The notes under the pieces: model-generated | Told to the model about the DNA's origin: nothing | What the model saw: only the letters and a program-made list of their open reading frames with translations | The model's database searches: none | Program-made: the position numbers and the translations under genes | DNA from: Nitrospirota bacterium | GTDB lineage: Bacteria; Nitrospirota; UBA9217 | NCBI GenBank assembly: GCA_963741205.1 | Contig: CAVUHW010000012.1 | Location: 89,152 to 153,151 of the forward strand | Direction of reading: 5' to 3' | DNA length: 64,000 bases | Shown here: one piece after another, positions 31,167-43,786 of the stretch | Position numbering within the stretch: position 1 is the first letter of the stretch | Layout: each line of letters starts with the position of its first letter

Positions 31167-32332
31167 TCAATCAATGACCAGCATTGCGCACTTCAAGTAC
31201 TGCGTCTCGCGCGCCGCGAGCAGGACGGGGTGGTCCCGGGCCTGGGACCGCATCTCCAGGACCCTGGCCTGGCGGCCGGCGGAATAGGCGGCGTCGATCA
31301 GCATCTCGCGGAACAGGGCCTCGTCAATGTGGTGCGAGCAGGAGCAGGTCGCGAGAACGCCGCCCGGTTCGAGCAGCCGCATGGCGCGCAGGTTGATCTC
31401 CTTGTACCCCTTGAGCGCCTCTCTGACCTTTGCCCTGCTCTTGACGAAGGCCGGCGGGTCGAGGATGATCAAGCCGAAACGTTCCCGCTGTTTCTCAAGA
31501 GCGCGAAGTTCGTCGAAGACGTCGGCGTTCACAAACCGCGCCGATAGGTTGTTCCTCTCCGCGTTGGCCGCAGCGAGGGTTACGGCCTTTTCCGATGAAT
31601 CGATGCCCGATGACCTCCGATGCCCCGTAGCGCGCGGCAGCGAGCGACCATGCGCCCACGTAGCAGAAGCAGTCGAGCGTGCGTCGGCCGCGGCGCATAG
31701 TCACGAAGAGCCAGCCGGTTCTCGCGCTGGTCGAAAAAGAACCCCGTCTTCTGCCCTTCGAGCACGTCAACCTGATAGGAGATCCCGGATTCCTCAATGA
31801 CCACCGGCCCGGTGACGCTGCCGAGGACAACGCGCTTTTCCTGCGTAAGACCTTCAAGCGCGCGCGATCCGGCATCGTTCCTAAGACGATTGCCTCAGGT
31901 GAATACTCATCCTTGAGCGCGGCGATGATGTCATCCAGCAGGCGATCGATGCCCGCGGTCAGAGACTGGAGGACGAGCGTATTGGCGTACTTGTCGACAA
32001 TGAGGCCGGGCAGGCCGTCCCCTTCACTGTAGAGCGCGCGATAGGATTCTCCAAAGCCGAGGGACGTCCCGGAGAGCGCGCGCCGCGGAGATCCTCCGGC
32101 GGAGAAAATCCGCGTCGATTTCTTCCTGTTTGCGGGTCAGGATGCGCACGGCGATAAGGGAGCGCGGGTTAATGTAGCCCCGCCCGACGAACCTGCCCGA
32201 GGCGTCCAGCACATCTATGACCTCGCCGGGCTCGGCACCCTCGGGTATTTTTTGAATCTCATTGCTGAAGACCCAGGGGTGGCCGCGAAGGACGCGCCGG
32301 TCTTCTTTCGGTTTGAGATGGACGGATTTCAT
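31167..32332 (-). CDS. rlmI: 23S rRNA m5C1962 methyltransferase, RlmI-like (frameshifted)
   Basis: [12 protein letters not shown] domain, [27 protein letters not shown] and DHPV...YLK. Confidence 0.88.
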
Positions 32333-32427
32333 AGGGGGGAAAGCGATGCGGCAGAGCGCATGGCGCAAAGCGCAAAGCGTTTAAGACTTTTACGCCATGC
32401 GCTTTGCTCTATGCTCTCGCGCCTTTC

Positions 32428-33366
32428 TTACAGCCTGTTCTCGATGTTCGTGTCGCTCCTTAAGGTCTGAAGCCAGCTTCGGTAGGTGTTTTCCAGCTTC
32501 TGCTGAAAGAGCGTATTCATGATCTCGTCTTTCACCTTGTCATAGGGTCTGACCGGCGTACGCACCTCTTCCAGCCGGATGATGTGGTAGCCGCCCGCGC
32601 ACTGGATCGGGCCGGCGATCTCGCCGGGTTTAAGCGTCCGGGCCGCCTCTTCGATCTCGGGCAGCATGGAATCCCTCTGCATGAACCCGAGGTCCCCGTC
32701 CTGCGGGTCCGTGACCGGGGAGTTGCGGCGGATCAGGCGCATGAAATCCTCCCCCTTCCTTGCCTGTTCACAGACCTCGGCGGCCTTCGCCTTCACTGCG
32801 GCAGCCTCGGCAGGCGTCGCGTTGTCCGGCAAGGGGAATAATATCTGGCGCACCCGGATCTCTTCGGGGAGGGAGTACGTTTTGATGTTGCGCTCGTAGT
32901 AGGCGCGGACCTCGGCGTCGTCCACGGCGATGCCGGACCGCACGAACTTGTTGAACATGCGCGAAAGCGTCATCTGCTCGCGAAGCTCCGTTTTATACTG
33001 CTCGAGCGTGAGCCCATCCTTGGCGAGTGCCGCCTCGAACTGCTTGACCTCTCCGAAGGAGTTCCGTTTCATGATATCGGCCACGGCATCGGCGAGCTCC
33101 TTGTCCGTTACGTCCATGGCGGAGCGTTTTGCAGCCGCCATCTGGAGTTTCCGGTCGATCATGTCCTCGAGCACCTGCCGGTCATCCCCCTTGACGTCGT
33201 TCTTCCTGAGCGCCTCCTCCCGCTGGAGGTCGGAGAGGGTAATGATGTCGTTATTCACGACCGCGACAACGCGGTCGACAACCACGGGCCCGGTTGCAAG
33301 GCCCTGGCCGGCGATCGAAAGGAGTAAGCCGGTCACGGCTATTCCGGTCAGTATCGTGTTCCTCAT
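32428..33366 (-). CDS. SurA-like chaperone/parvulin PPIase
   Basis: VDRVVAVVNNDIITLSD, GDLGF and GYHII. Confidence 0.88.
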   Translation of the reverse strand: MRNTILTGIAVTGLLLSIAGQGLATGPVVVDRVVAVVNNDIITLSDLQREEALRKNDVKGDDRQVLEDMIDRKLQMAAAKRSAMDVTDKELADAVADIMKRNSFGEVKQFEAALAKDGLTLEQYKTELREQMTLSRMFNKFVRSGIAVDDAEVRAYYERNIKTYSLPEEIRVRQILFPLPDNATPAEAAAVKAKAAEVCEQARKGEDFMRLIRRNSPVTDPQDGDLGFMQRDSMLPEIEEAARTLKPGEIAGPIQCAGGYHIIRLEEVRTPVRPYDKVKDEIMNTLFQQKLENTYRSWLQTLRSDTNIENRL

Positions 33367-33445
33367 GGAAAAGCTCCTTGTGTTCTGACGCCTCTTTTTC
33401 TGTTGCCTTTTGGCGGCCGGTTCATTATATTTCATATACCGCATT

Positions 33446-34527
33446 ATGAAAAGACTTCTTACTGCCTTCCTGGTTCTCCTCGCCGCATCATCACCGGCTT
33501 TCGCCGTTGACCCGGCGCCTCAGGATGAAATCACCATCGCCGCCGTCGGCGATATCATGCTCGGCGGACGAGCGGAACCGTTCCTCAACGAATTCGGGCC
33601 CGACTATCCCTTTGCCGAGGCGCGTGCCGGTCCTGGGAAATGCGGACATCGTGGCAGGTAACCTCGAGTCCACGATATCCACCCGCGGCAAGGCGGTGGA
33701 AAACAAGAAGTTCACCCTCCGGGCCGGGCCGGTCGCTGCACGGGCGCTCAAGAGCGCGGGCATTCGCGTCGTAACGCTTGCCAACAATCACTCCTTGGAT
33801 TTCGGCCCCCTTGCGCTCTGGGACACGATCGCGTCCCTCGAAGACAACGGCATTCTCTACAGCGGGGCCGGCATGAGTCTCGATGACGCGCGCACACCCG
33901 CCATCATAAAGATCAAGGGCAGGACGCTGGCCTTCCTCGCCTACTCCCTCACCTTTCCGCTCGAGTTCTTCGCTTCCGCAGGGAGGCCCGGCACGGCGCC
34001 GGGGTATGCGGAATTCGTAAAGGCCGACATCGAAAAGGTCAGGCCCCGAGCGGACCTGGTGATCGTTTCCTTCCACTGGGGCGCGGAGCTCTTGACCGCC
34101 GCAAAGGACTACCAGATCGAGCTCGGCCGCCATGCCATCGACTGGGGCGCCGACCTCGTGCTCGGCCATCACCCGCACGTGCTGCAGGAGCTCGAGGTGT
34201 ACAAAGGCCGCCTCATCGCCTACAGTCTCGGCAACTTCGTGTTCGGGTCCGAGAGCGAACGCACGAACACGAGCATGATACTCCTTACGACGTTTCAGGG
34301 CAAGACCCTTGTGCGGGTCGAAGCGGTTCCCCTGGATGTCAACAACTACCGCGTAAAGTACCGGCCCCACGTTCTGGACGGCAAGGCCGCCGCCCTGGTG
34401 CTGGACAGCGTCAACGCGGCGTCGGCGCGGTTCAAGACGAAGCTGGAGATCGCGAACGGCCGCGGAACGATCGTGCTCCCCGCGCAGGTTGAACAGAGGA
34501 AATCCGCGATTGCATCGAGCCCTCTAG
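33446..34527 (+). CDS. CapA/PGA_cap family metallophosphoesterase (frameshifted; 3' end approximate)
   Basis: AVGDIM, GNLE, LANNH, HWGAE, GHHPHV and YSLGNF. Confidence 0.9.
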
Positions 34528-34595
34528 CCAACCGATCATTAAACTGCTTTCAGTTTCTGTTTTACGTTAACAACCAAAACTGCAACCTGCCTGAC

Positions 34596-35556
34596 CTACT
34601 GCTCCAGGGCCTGGTAATTCACTTCAAACTTCGTCCTCGCCCTCAGTTCCTTGAGCCACTGCTTGTACCGTGCATCGTCCTTGTCCCGGCGCAGTCGCTC
34701 GGCAATGTCCTTGGAGGCGTCCGCAAGGCTGATCGGTCCTGCCTTGCGCTTGTCCTCGAGCTTGAAGATATGGTATCCGTAAGGGCTCTTGACGATCCCG
34801 CTCAGCCCGCCCTTGGGCAGGCCGAAGACGACGTTGAACTCCCCCGGCATATCGCCCATCGCAAAATAACCGAGGTCCCCTCCCCGCTCCGCCTCCGGCG
34901 CCGTAGAGCTTCGCCGCGCCAGGGCGGCAAAGTCGGCGCCCGGCGCCCTGGAGCTGTTCCATTACCTTCCCGGCCTCCTGCTCGGTTGCCACAACTATCT
35001 GGCGTACGCGGACCTGTTCCGGCTTCTCGAACTCCAACGGGTTGGCCTTGTAATAGCGCTTCACCTCGGCCTGCGACACGGGCATTCCACGGTTCATATT
35101 TCGGGCCAGCAGCCGCTCGATCATCATGTCTTCCCAGATGTCGGACTTCCACTTCTCAAAATCGATCCCGAGGCCGGCAAGAATATCCTTAACGTCCTTT
35201 CCCTGCTCGGCGCAAAGCGCTTCGATTCTCTTGTCGATCTCCGGCGGCGCGATCTTGATCCGGATGCGCTGCGCTTCGCGCAGCATCATCGTGCGCTCGA
35301 TGAGCCGGTTGAGGAAGTCCCGCTTCACTTCGAAGTCCGCTTCCCGGTCGGGCTTGAGCCCGGACCGGGCGAATCTTTCCTGAAATTCGGCGAGCGTTAT
35401 GGGGTCTCCGTTTACGGTCGCCACGAACCTCACTTCGGCCGAAACCGGGGCCTGCGAAGCCGCGGGCTTTTCTTCAGCTGTTTTTTTGCATGAAAAAAAT
35501 ACTAGCCCCAGCAAAAGCGCCGGGGCTAGGAGATTGGTAAGTCGGGTGTTGTTCAT
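34596..35556 (-). CDS. PrsA/SurA-type parvulin PPIase lipoprotein (frameshifted)
   Basis: VATVNGDPIT, VRVRQIVV and SPYGYHIFK. Confidence 0.88.
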
Positions 35557-35586
35557 GGGCGGGCCGGTACGATGCAGCGTCCTTTT

Positions 35587-36279
35587 TTACTTCGGGGCCG
35601 GGTGTCGCCGTCATGTTGGACAGGTCCAGCTGCTTTGGGCTGGGACAGCGCGGTCATTGCCTGCTCCAGGGCCTTGTCGTCGATGGATGATCTTGGCCTT
35701 GGCCTTGAGGCCTTTCGCATAATCGAGGTAGAGGTCTCTCCGCTTCTCCTGCATCAGCCGCATCTTGAGCTGCGGACCGATCTCCTTCAGGGTGACCTTT
35801 TTGCCGGCTGCCGCTTCGATCTTGTCGCGGTTCTTGTTGTAATAATCCTGGATCTCCTGGTCCGTCGGCGCTGCGACCTTGGCCATCTTGTCACCGAGCT
35901 CTTTTTTCAGGACGGTGTTGAAGAGCTCGTTCTTGGCGTCCTCCTGGACCCTTCGCTCAAGTTCCTTCTTCAGCATATCCTGCCTCTTTTTGAATTCGGC
36001 GTCCTTGTCGAGTCCTTGCCGCTTCGCTTCCTGCAGCACGAGCTCGATACCGATCAGGTCTTCCAGAAATTCCTTCCGCGCCTTGGGATCGGACACCACG
36101 GCCTGCTGCATCTGCGGAGCCAGCTCCTCGAGCTGCTTCTTAAAATCCGTCGTCGTGATCGTGCCCCGGTTCACCTTGGCCAGGACCGCACTGTCCGTTG
36201 ACGTAGCCTTGCTGCAGCCCGCGGCAGACAGGATGAGCGCGAGCATTGATACTCCTACCGTCAGTTTCAATCTGTTCAT
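35587..36279 (-). CDS. SurA N-terminal-domain lipoprotein
   Basis: Lipobox AAGC, VLAKVN..TIT and FLEDLI..ELVLQEA. Confidence 0.8.
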
Positions 36280-36367
36280 GTAAAGCATTCCTCCGGTGAG
36301 TGAATTTATGTCTTTAGGATGAGAAGTGGTTCGTGATGTGCGAATAGACAAAGGACTTTATAACACA

Positions 36368-39300
36368 CTAGAGCAGTTCCTGCAAGCACTTTTTCACCGA
36401 TTCCGATGCGGTTCGCAGTGCATCGTCGGGCAGCGCGATCTGGAGCGTATATTCCGGGAATGAGCTTGATCCTGCCCTTGTTCTTCTTCAGAAGCGCCAT
36501 GACCTTGTCCGGCGAGATCGCGGCTTGACCGGTGAAGGTGATCGTAAGGCTCTCTTTGCCTGCATCGATCCTGGCGACCCCGGCGCGCTTCGCGGCGATC
36601 TTGACGCTCATGATCTCGAAAAGGTTCGCGGCGGGTTCGGGCAGCTCGCCGTAGCGGTCGCGAAGCCCATCCGCCACGTCTTTGAGCATTGCTTCGTCCG
36701 CGGCAGCCGAGATCTCCTTGTACGCGGCCAGCCGCATGCTCACATCGTTGATATAGTCCTCGGGAATGAACGCGGAAGCGCGCATGTTGATCTGCGTATC
36801 GGGTTCCGGCGAGACGCTCCTCCCCGCGGAGCCCGGCCATGGCCTCCTCCATCATCTGCGTGTAGAGGTCGATGCCCACGGCCGCGATGTGGCCCGACTG
36901 CTGTTTGCCCAGGAGGTTCCCGGCGCCGCGCGTTTCGAGGTCCTGCGCCGCGATGCGGAACCCCGCGCCGAGTTCGGAGAGCTCCTGGATGGCCCGGAGC
37001 CTTTTTCGCGCAATGTCCGAAAGCGTCTCGTCGGCGGGCGCAAGCAGATAGGCATAGGCCTTCTCCCTGCTTCGCCCGACCCGTCCCTTGATCTGATAGA
37101 GGTCCGCCAGGCCGAATCGGTCCGCCCGGTTGATGATGATCGTGTTCGCCGCGGGGATGTCGATGCCGGACTCGATGATCGTCGTGGTCACGAGCACGTT
37201 CAGTGTGCCGGCTATGAACTTCGTCATCACATCCTCGATCTCATGCTCATGGAGCTGCCCGTGGCCGACGCCGACCTTTGCCTCGGGCACGAGGTTTTGG
37301 ATGAAATCGGCCATCCTCTCGATGCCCTGAACGCGGTTATGCACGAAAAAGACCTGGCCCCCGCGTCCGATCTCCTTTATGATCGCCTCGCGGATGACGC
37401 GTTTGCCGAAGCGCGCCAAAACCACCTGGATGGCCTGCCGGTCGAGGGGAGGCGTCTGGATGATCGAAAGGTCCCGGATGCCGGCGAGCGACATGTGGAG
37501 CGTGCGAGGTATTGGCGTTGCAGTGAGAGTCAGCACATCCACAAGCTTTTTAAATTCTTTTATCCGCTCCTTGTGCTTGACGCCGAACTTGTGCTCCTCA
37601 TCCACCACGAGAAGGCCCAGATTCTTGAAGACCACGTCCTTCTGGAGCAGGCGGTGCGTGCCGATCACGATGTCCACGGTCCCGCTCCGCATGCCCTTGA
37701 GCGTTTCCCGCTGCTCGGAGCGGGTGCGGAAGCGCGAGAGCATCTCAACGCGGACCCCGAAGGGGGCGAGCCGCTCGGAAAAGGTGCGCTCGTGCTGGTC
37801 CGCCAGAAGCGTCGTAGGCACGAGAACCGCCGCCTGCATTCCGTCCTCTACGGCCTTGAACGCCGCGCGGAGCGCAACCTCCGTTTTTCCGTACCCCACG
37901 TCGCCGCACACAAGCCGGTCCATGGGCCGCGGCCGCTGCATGTCGGCGAGAACGTCCCCGATGGCCCTCTGCTGGTCCGGCGTCTCCTCGTAGGGAAAGG
38001 AGGCCTCGAACTCGCGGTACAGGTTATCGGGCTGCGTAAAGGGCGCGCGGCTCTGGGCCTCGCGCGCGGCGTAGATTGCGACGAGTTCCTGCGCCATGGC
38101 CAGGATGTCCTTCTTGACCTTTTCCTTTGTTTTTGCCCAGGCGGGCGCGCCGAGGCGGTCCAGCTTCGGGGCCGAGCCTTCAACGCCGATGTATTTCTGC
38201 ACCTTGTCGAGACTGTAGAGCGGGACGTACAGTTTAGCGTCCGGTTCGTACCGGAGGGTAAGGAAGTCGGTCTCGAAACCGTCGACGCTGATGTGCGTGA
38301 GGCCCTGGTATTCGCCCACGCCGTAGTCCGTATGCACCACGAAATCGCCGGGTTTGAGCTCCTTGAACGTGGAGAGGAAGGGGGCCACCTTGGAGGGCCT
38401 TGCCCCGGCCCGGGGGGGATGCATCTTCCTGCCGAAGATTTCCTCTTCGGTGATCACGACGAGGCCGAGCTCCTGCCACGAAAACCCCTCCGAGAGCCTG
38501 CCGGTCGTCGCCATGACCGGCCAAGGCCCGCGGTCCTGATTGGAATCCGAAACCGACACGCCGAGCGCTACACCGAGACCGTATTCCATGAAAAGCTTCT
38601 TGAGCCTCAGTGCCCCTTCTTCGGTTCCGCAGACGAGCTCGACGCGGTTGAATTCGCGGAGCCCCTTCAGCTTTTCTACAAGACCTGCCATCGAGCCCTC
38701 GGCCGGCTCGCCCGTTCGGCTGTCTTGCTCGAGTGGTTTGGTAAGCCTGACCCCGAGCCAGGATGCGGATTTCGTGTCCAGGCGGTGTCCTGCGCCCGTG
38801 CCGAGCAGGCTGATATCCACAACCGGGAATCGCGAGAGCCCGTCCGTGATCGCGTCCTCGTCGAGATACATCTCCCGGACCTCGGGCAGGGCCCTCCCGT
38901 CCCGCGTTTCTTCGTTCCTGCCCTCTTCGATCTTCCTGCCCTGTTCGCTCGATCTCTTTTTTTATGTCATCGGGTTCGACGCGGATGAAAAGACTGTCTC
39001 CGGGAGCATAGCGGAACAGACTATCCATTTCGTAGAAGAAGGGGGCGAGAAACTCGGCCCCCGGTGGAGCAGTCGAGAAAGGTCTGACGCCTCGGACCGG
39101 CCCGACACGTCAGACAGGTTCTGCGGGTCTCCTGACGATGAGCTCCCGAACCGGGAGGACGACGGCTTCTTTGACCTCATGCGTCGAACGCTGGGATTCC
39201 GGGTCGAAGGCGCGCAGGGACTCGATGGCGTCGCCGAAGAATTCGATCCGAACCGGGAGGTCATGAAGCGGGGAGAAAAAATCGATGATCCCTCCCCTTC

Positions 39301-39839
39301 TGCTGAATTCTCCCACGCGCGAGACGAGAGATGCCGGTTCATAACCTGAGGCGACCAGGGAGGCGGCGAGGTCGTCAGGCTCGATGCTGGTTGCCCGCGT
39401 TATGGTCTTGACCGAATCCGCGAAGAGTTCCCAGGGCGGGAGCTTCTGCATCAGGGACTGGACCGGCGCCACGTAAACGCCCGGAGAGCCTGAGATCAGA
39501 CAGTAGAGAAAACGCATGCGTTCGCCCACGGTGCGGCTGTCGGGCGAATCAGCCTCGAAGGGCAGCACTCCCCAGGCAGGGAACATGCGGAGTTCCATCG
39601 CGCCCTCCCCTTCGGTGTGTGCGAGGCATTTTTTGAAGGAAGAATTTCAGGTCTTCTATGAGCGCCCCTGCCGCATCCTCGGTAGCCGTAATGACGAGGA
39701 CCGGCCTTTTCGACTCGTTTTGGAGGCCGAATAAAAAGAGGGCCTTGGAGGCCCCCCACAGTTCGCTCACTTCAATGTTTTTTCTCCCTGTCCCGATATC
39801 GCTGAGGATGGGGAGGACGACATCTCGAAGGCTCTTCAT
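36368..39839 (-). CDS. mfd: Transcription-repair coupling factor (frameshifted)
   Basis: RID/CarD domain, CGDVGYGKTE, DEEH, TATPIPRTL, QIKGRVGR and TRCF domain. Confidence 0.97.
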
Positions 39840-40022
39840 AGGCTGCAATACTATAGCACAGCATCATGCCCAATTCAACATGACAGGCCCCGCTTTATAC
39901 TGTATGGAATCTTTTTTTTGTGTTATATTGTTCAGCGGGAAATACTCCTTGCAGTACACGGTCCTCAGCACACGCTGAGAGCGCGTCCTGCGTCTCTTTA
40001 TCGCACCGTCAAACCCTTCGCC

Positions 40023-40124
40023 GTCAGTCTGAACGAAGTGAGCGAGTGAAGATCGGCCAATCGGCCGTGAAGGGCCCGGAAACGGCAAGGAAATGCGAGG
40101 TGCTTCGTTTTGTTCAGAAGTGAC
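40023..40124. repeat. Degenerate REP-like inverted repeat directly upstream of the GIY-YIG gene
   Basis: GTCAGTCTGAACGAAGTG...TGCTTCGTTTTGTTCAGAAGTGAC. Confidence 0.55.
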
Positions 40125-40163
40125 TGTCAAGGAAAGAGATTTAAGCGGTACCCTGCAATTTAT

Positions 40164-40469
40164 ATGAAATCGCGAAAAAAGACGGGAAGTCCAACACGCC
40201 GCTGGTATCTTTATGTATTGAAGTGCGGCGACGGCACGCTGTATACCGGCATTACCAATGACCTGAAACGACGCGAGGCGCAGCACAATAGCGGCACTGC
40301 CTCACGCTATACGCGCAGCCGGCTCCCGGTGAAAATTATTTATCACGAGCCCTGCCGAAACCAATCATCTGCATTAAAAAAAGAATGCACCGTGAAATCA
40401 CTCACCCGTAAGGAAAAAGAGGACTATATTACACAACATGCCCGAAAACTTCGAATCATACAGAAGTGA
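40164..40469 (+). CDS. GIY-YIG nuclease, UPF0213/YhbQ-like
   Basis: WYLYVLKC.DGTLYTGITND..RR..QHN.G.ASRYTR. Confidence 0.92.
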   Translation: MKSRKKTGSPTRRWYLYVLKCGDGTLYTGITNDLKRREAQHNSGTASRYTRSRLPVKIIYHEPCRNQSSALKKECTVKSLTRKEKEDYITQHARKLRIIQK

Positions 40470-41559
40470 ATTTCCGATAACCCGGAAATACATTTACCTC
40501 GACCATTCCGGCGTTGCACCCGCGCCACTGAGGGTCAAAAGCGCGATAGAGAAGTTTCTTGCCGAGTCTGCCGAGGGCGGGGCGTTTCATTATCCGTCCT
40601 GGACGCAGAGGGTCGGAGAGGTCAGGCGGGCCTGCGCCAGGCTCTTGAATGCGGGGTCTGATGAGATCGCTTTTGTGAAGAGCACGTCGCACGGACTTTC
40701 AATCGTTGCGGAAGGTCTCGACTGGAAGGCCGGAGACAATCTCCTTATTTATGAAAAAGAGTTTCCCTCAAACATCTACCCCTGGCTGAACCTTGAAAGA
40801 AAGGGCGTTGAAGTAAAGTTCATCCCTTCGCGAAGCGGCAGGATCGCGCTTGATGACATTGAGAACTTGATCGACTCGAAAACCCGGCTTCTTGCCGTTA
40901 GTTCGGTTCAATTTATCAACGGGCTCAGAATCGACTTAGAAAGAGTCGGAGAGCTCTGCCGGCGGAGGAACATCCTGCTCTGCGTCGATGCGATCCAAAG
41001 CCTCGGCGCCATCCCAATGGATGTGAAAAAGTATCAAATCGACTTCCTCTCGGCCGACGCCCACAAGTGGCTTCTCGGGCCCGAGGGCATCGGCATATTC
41101 TATTGCAGGCGAGATCTCGCCGAAAGGCTTCATCCTCCGTTCGTCGGCTGGAAATGCGTTCAGAACGAATTGGAGTTTGAGAAGCCCGTTTTTTGCCTCA
41201 AGGCAGATGCCTTGAGGTTCGAGGAAGGATCGATGAATCTTCTGGGGATCATCGGGCTTGGCGCGGCAATCGAGCTGTTGCTCGAGGTGGGCATCGAGAA
41301 TATCGAAACCCGGGTGCTCGATCTGGGGGACCTTATCATTCGTGAAGCGGAAGGACGGGGTTATACGGTTCTCACACCCAAGCGAAGAGAAGAGCGCGGC
41401 GGCAATGTGACCTTTGCTGGAGATTTCGATCCCGTGAAGGTTCGGGACAAGCTTCGGAGTCAGGGGATCATGGTGAATGTTCGCGGCGGGGGGCTTCGCG
41501 TGTCCCCGCATTTTTATAATACGGAAGACGAGATTGCGCGCTTTTTTCATGCGCTGTAA
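40438..41559 (+). CDS. Class V PLP-dependent aminotransferase (cysteine-desulfurase-like fold)
   Basis: YLDHSG, VDAIQSLG, AHKWLLGPEG and LRVSPHFYN. Confidence 0.9.
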   Translation: MPENFESYRSEFPITRKYIYLDHSGVAPAPLRVKSAIEKFLAESAEGGAFHYPSWTQRVGEVRRACARLLNAGSDEIAFVKSTSHGLSIVAEGLDWKAGDNLLIYEKEFPSNIYPWLNLERKGVEVKFIPSRSGRIALDDIENLIDSKTRLLAVSSVQFINGLRIDLERVGELCRRRNILLCVDAIQSLGAIPMDVKKYQIDFLSADAHKWLLGPEGIGIFYCRRDLAERLHPPFVGWKCVQNELEFEKPVFCLKADALRFEEGSMNLLGIIGLGAAIELLLEVGIENIETRVLDLGDLIIREAEGRGYTVLTPKRREERGGNVTFAGDFDPVKVRDKLRSQGIMVNVRGGGLRVSPHFYNTEDEIARFFHAL

Positions 41560-41713
41560 CGCCCCTGTCGACTTTAATCTCGATGCTGCCGGCCCCGGCG
41601 CGCCCCCCGCCCGACAGTTGCCTCTTGCAAAATCAGACGGTATTGGGTAAGATCATAGGCCATAAAATATTTTCTCGGACCAAGGCAGTATTCGCGCGGC
41701 TGGAGGTATTTTC

Positions 41714-42046
41714 ATGGAGCTTGATGTACGCGTAGGAAATAAATCACTGGCGATTCCGATCGACGATCCCTTTCGCCTGGACGTCGAAGCTACGGCAGGC
41801 AGGATAGAGTCGTTCCTTATCTCTCAATCCATGAGATCGGACGGTTTGGATTTTCGCGGGCTGTTGCCGAAAATGATAAAAGGCATTGCCGGCTGCGAAG
41901 GCGGATGTCCTGCTGACGCGAAAAGCCTTGTTTCCCGGGGTTTCAAGAATTTCACACTCGAGTACATAGAAGGCGGCATCCTTCATGCCCAGGCAAAGTC
42001 CGAAGACGGGAAGACGGTTTCTCTGAAGATGTTTCCGGACTTTTAA
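41714..42046 (+). CDS. Hypothetical protein with CEGGC motif
   Basis: Strong RBS GGAGGT; 110-aa ORF. Confidence 0.7.
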   Translation: MELDVRVGNKSLAIPIDDPFRLDVEATAGRIESFLISQSMRSDGLDFRGLLPKMIKGIAGCEGGCPADAKSLVSRGFKNFTLEYIEGGILHAQAKSEDGKTVSLKMFPDF

Positions 42047-42178
42047 ATCCAATTCACCGGCTCTCGCTTCGCGGCTATACTTCACTTTCCCCCCTCTCCC
42101 CTTCCCTGTAATCCCCTCCCCTCATGGTCTGGAAAATGAAACGACCACTAGAGGGAGGGGCAAAATATATTGGTCCCG

Positions 42179-43771
42179 TCATGATGTTGCCGTATACGTC
42201 GCCTCAAAGGCATTTCCGCCTGTTTCCTTCGTTATTTTATGGTCCGCCTCAGCGCTCGCATGCTCAAGGATCTTGAACACCGTTTCCACGCTCTGCTCCG
42301 CTCCGACCGCCTGGGCCAATGCTTCCACGGTGAATGACTTCCCCGCATTCTTGCGCAGATAGGATAGGACATCGGCCTGGAGCCTGATGACCGCGCCGGC
42401 CATCTTCTTTCCCGCTTCGACGCCGGGCTGGTGATAGGCGTTGATGTTCACGAGCGATGCATAGAACCCGACTGCCCTTTCGTAGAGCGCAATAAGCGCG
42501 CCGACCGATTGCGCGTCGAGCTTTTCGATCGTGATCGTTACCGATTCACGCCCATTCTCATGGAGGGCGTTGCGCGTGCCCTGGAGGAAGGCATGCAGGT
42601 AATCTCCGCTCGTGACGCCCGGCTCCACTTCAAGAGAGACGGAATCGCGGTCCCTCATCACCTCGAGAAACGTGGCGAAGAAATTGTTCACTCCGTCCCG
42701 GAGCTGTTGAACATAGGCGTGCTGGTCCGTGGTGCCTTTGTTTCCGTAGACCGAAATGCCCTGGTTCACGATCTTGCCGCTCAGATCTTTTTCTTTTCCC
42801 AGGGATTCCATGACAAGCTGCTGGAGATATTTCGGAAAGAGCATCAACCGGTCCCTATAAGGAAGGATCACCATGTCTTTTGCTCCCCTTCCGCTGGTTG
42901 CATGGTACCAGGAAAGCGCGAGGATGGCTGCGGGATTGTGATTCGTCTCCTTATTCCGGGTTACTTCATCGCAGGCCCCTGCCCCTTTGAGAAAGTCCTT
43001 GATATTTATGCCTTGGAGAGACATGGGAAGAAGACCTACAGCCGAAGTTATTGAGGTTCTCCCACCAACCCAGTCCCACATGGGAAATCTGGCTAGCCAG
43101 CCGTCTTTTTTGGCTATTTCATCAAGCACGCTTCCCACTCCTGTAACGGCTACTGCATGTCGTTCAAACGATAATCCTGCTTTCCGGTAAGCAGCGGCAA
43201 CCTCGAGCATTCCATTCCTGGTCTCGACAGTGCCTCCACTCTTTGAGATGACGATCGTGAGCGTGTCGGCCAGGCCAGGTCCGATCCTGGAAAGCACCCG
43301 GTCAATGCCGTCGGGATCCGTATTGTCCAAGAAATAAGGTTCAATCTTGTCTTGAGCCGTGCCGAGCGCGTCAGCGGCGAACTGCGGTCCCAGGGCCGAG
43401 CCTCCGATGCCGATGCTGAGAATGCGGGTGAAACGGGCGTGCTTGCGCGGATAGATCTTGCCGGCATGCACGGTGAAGGTGAAATCCGAAATGGCCTGGA
43501 GCGTATCTTCGATCTCCTTTCGGATCTCCGCGGATGGAGCAAGCTCCGGTTTCCTGAGCCAGTAGTGCCCGACCATGCGGTTCTCGTCGGGATTGGCGAT
43601 GGAACCGGCCTCAAGCGCGTCCATGGCCTGATAGGCTTTCCGGATCTCCGGCTCCATGCGAAGGAAATAATCATCGGGGAAATTCATTCTGCTGATATCG
43701 AGCGTGATGCCGATGGCGGGGCATTCGCAGAGGTATTTTTTGTACCGGTCCCAGAGAGTTTTGTTGTTCAT
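42179..43771 (-). CDS. pgi: Glucose-6-phosphate isomerase
   Basis: [33 protein letters not shown] and QPGVEAGK. Confidence 0.97.
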   Translation of the reverse strand: MNNKTLWDRYKKYLCECPAIGITLDISRMNFPDDYFLRMEPEIRKAYQAMDALEAGSIANPDENRMVGHYWLRKPELAPSAEIRKEIEDTLQAISDFTFTVHAGKIYPRKHARFTRILSIGIGGSALGPQFAADALGTAQDKIEPYFLDNTDPDGIDRVLSRIGPGLADTLTIVISKSGGTVETRNGMLEVAAAYRKAGLSFERHAVAVTGVGSVLDEIAKKDGWLARFPMWDWVGGRTSITSAVGLLPMSLQGINIKDFLKGAGACDEVTRNKETNHNPAAILALSWYHATSGRGAKDMVILPYRDRLMLFPKYLQQLVMESLGKEKDLSGKIVNQGISVYGNKGTTDQHAYVQQLRDGVNNFFATFLEVMRDRDSVSLEVEPGVTSGDYLHAFLQGTRNALHENGRESVTITIEKLDAQSVGALIALYERAVGFYASLVNINAYHQPGVEAGKKMAGAVIRLQADVLSYLRKNAGKSFTVEALAQAVGAEQSVETVFKILEHASAEADHKITKETGGNAFEATYTATS

Positions 43772-43786
43772 ATCGAGATTTACCTC

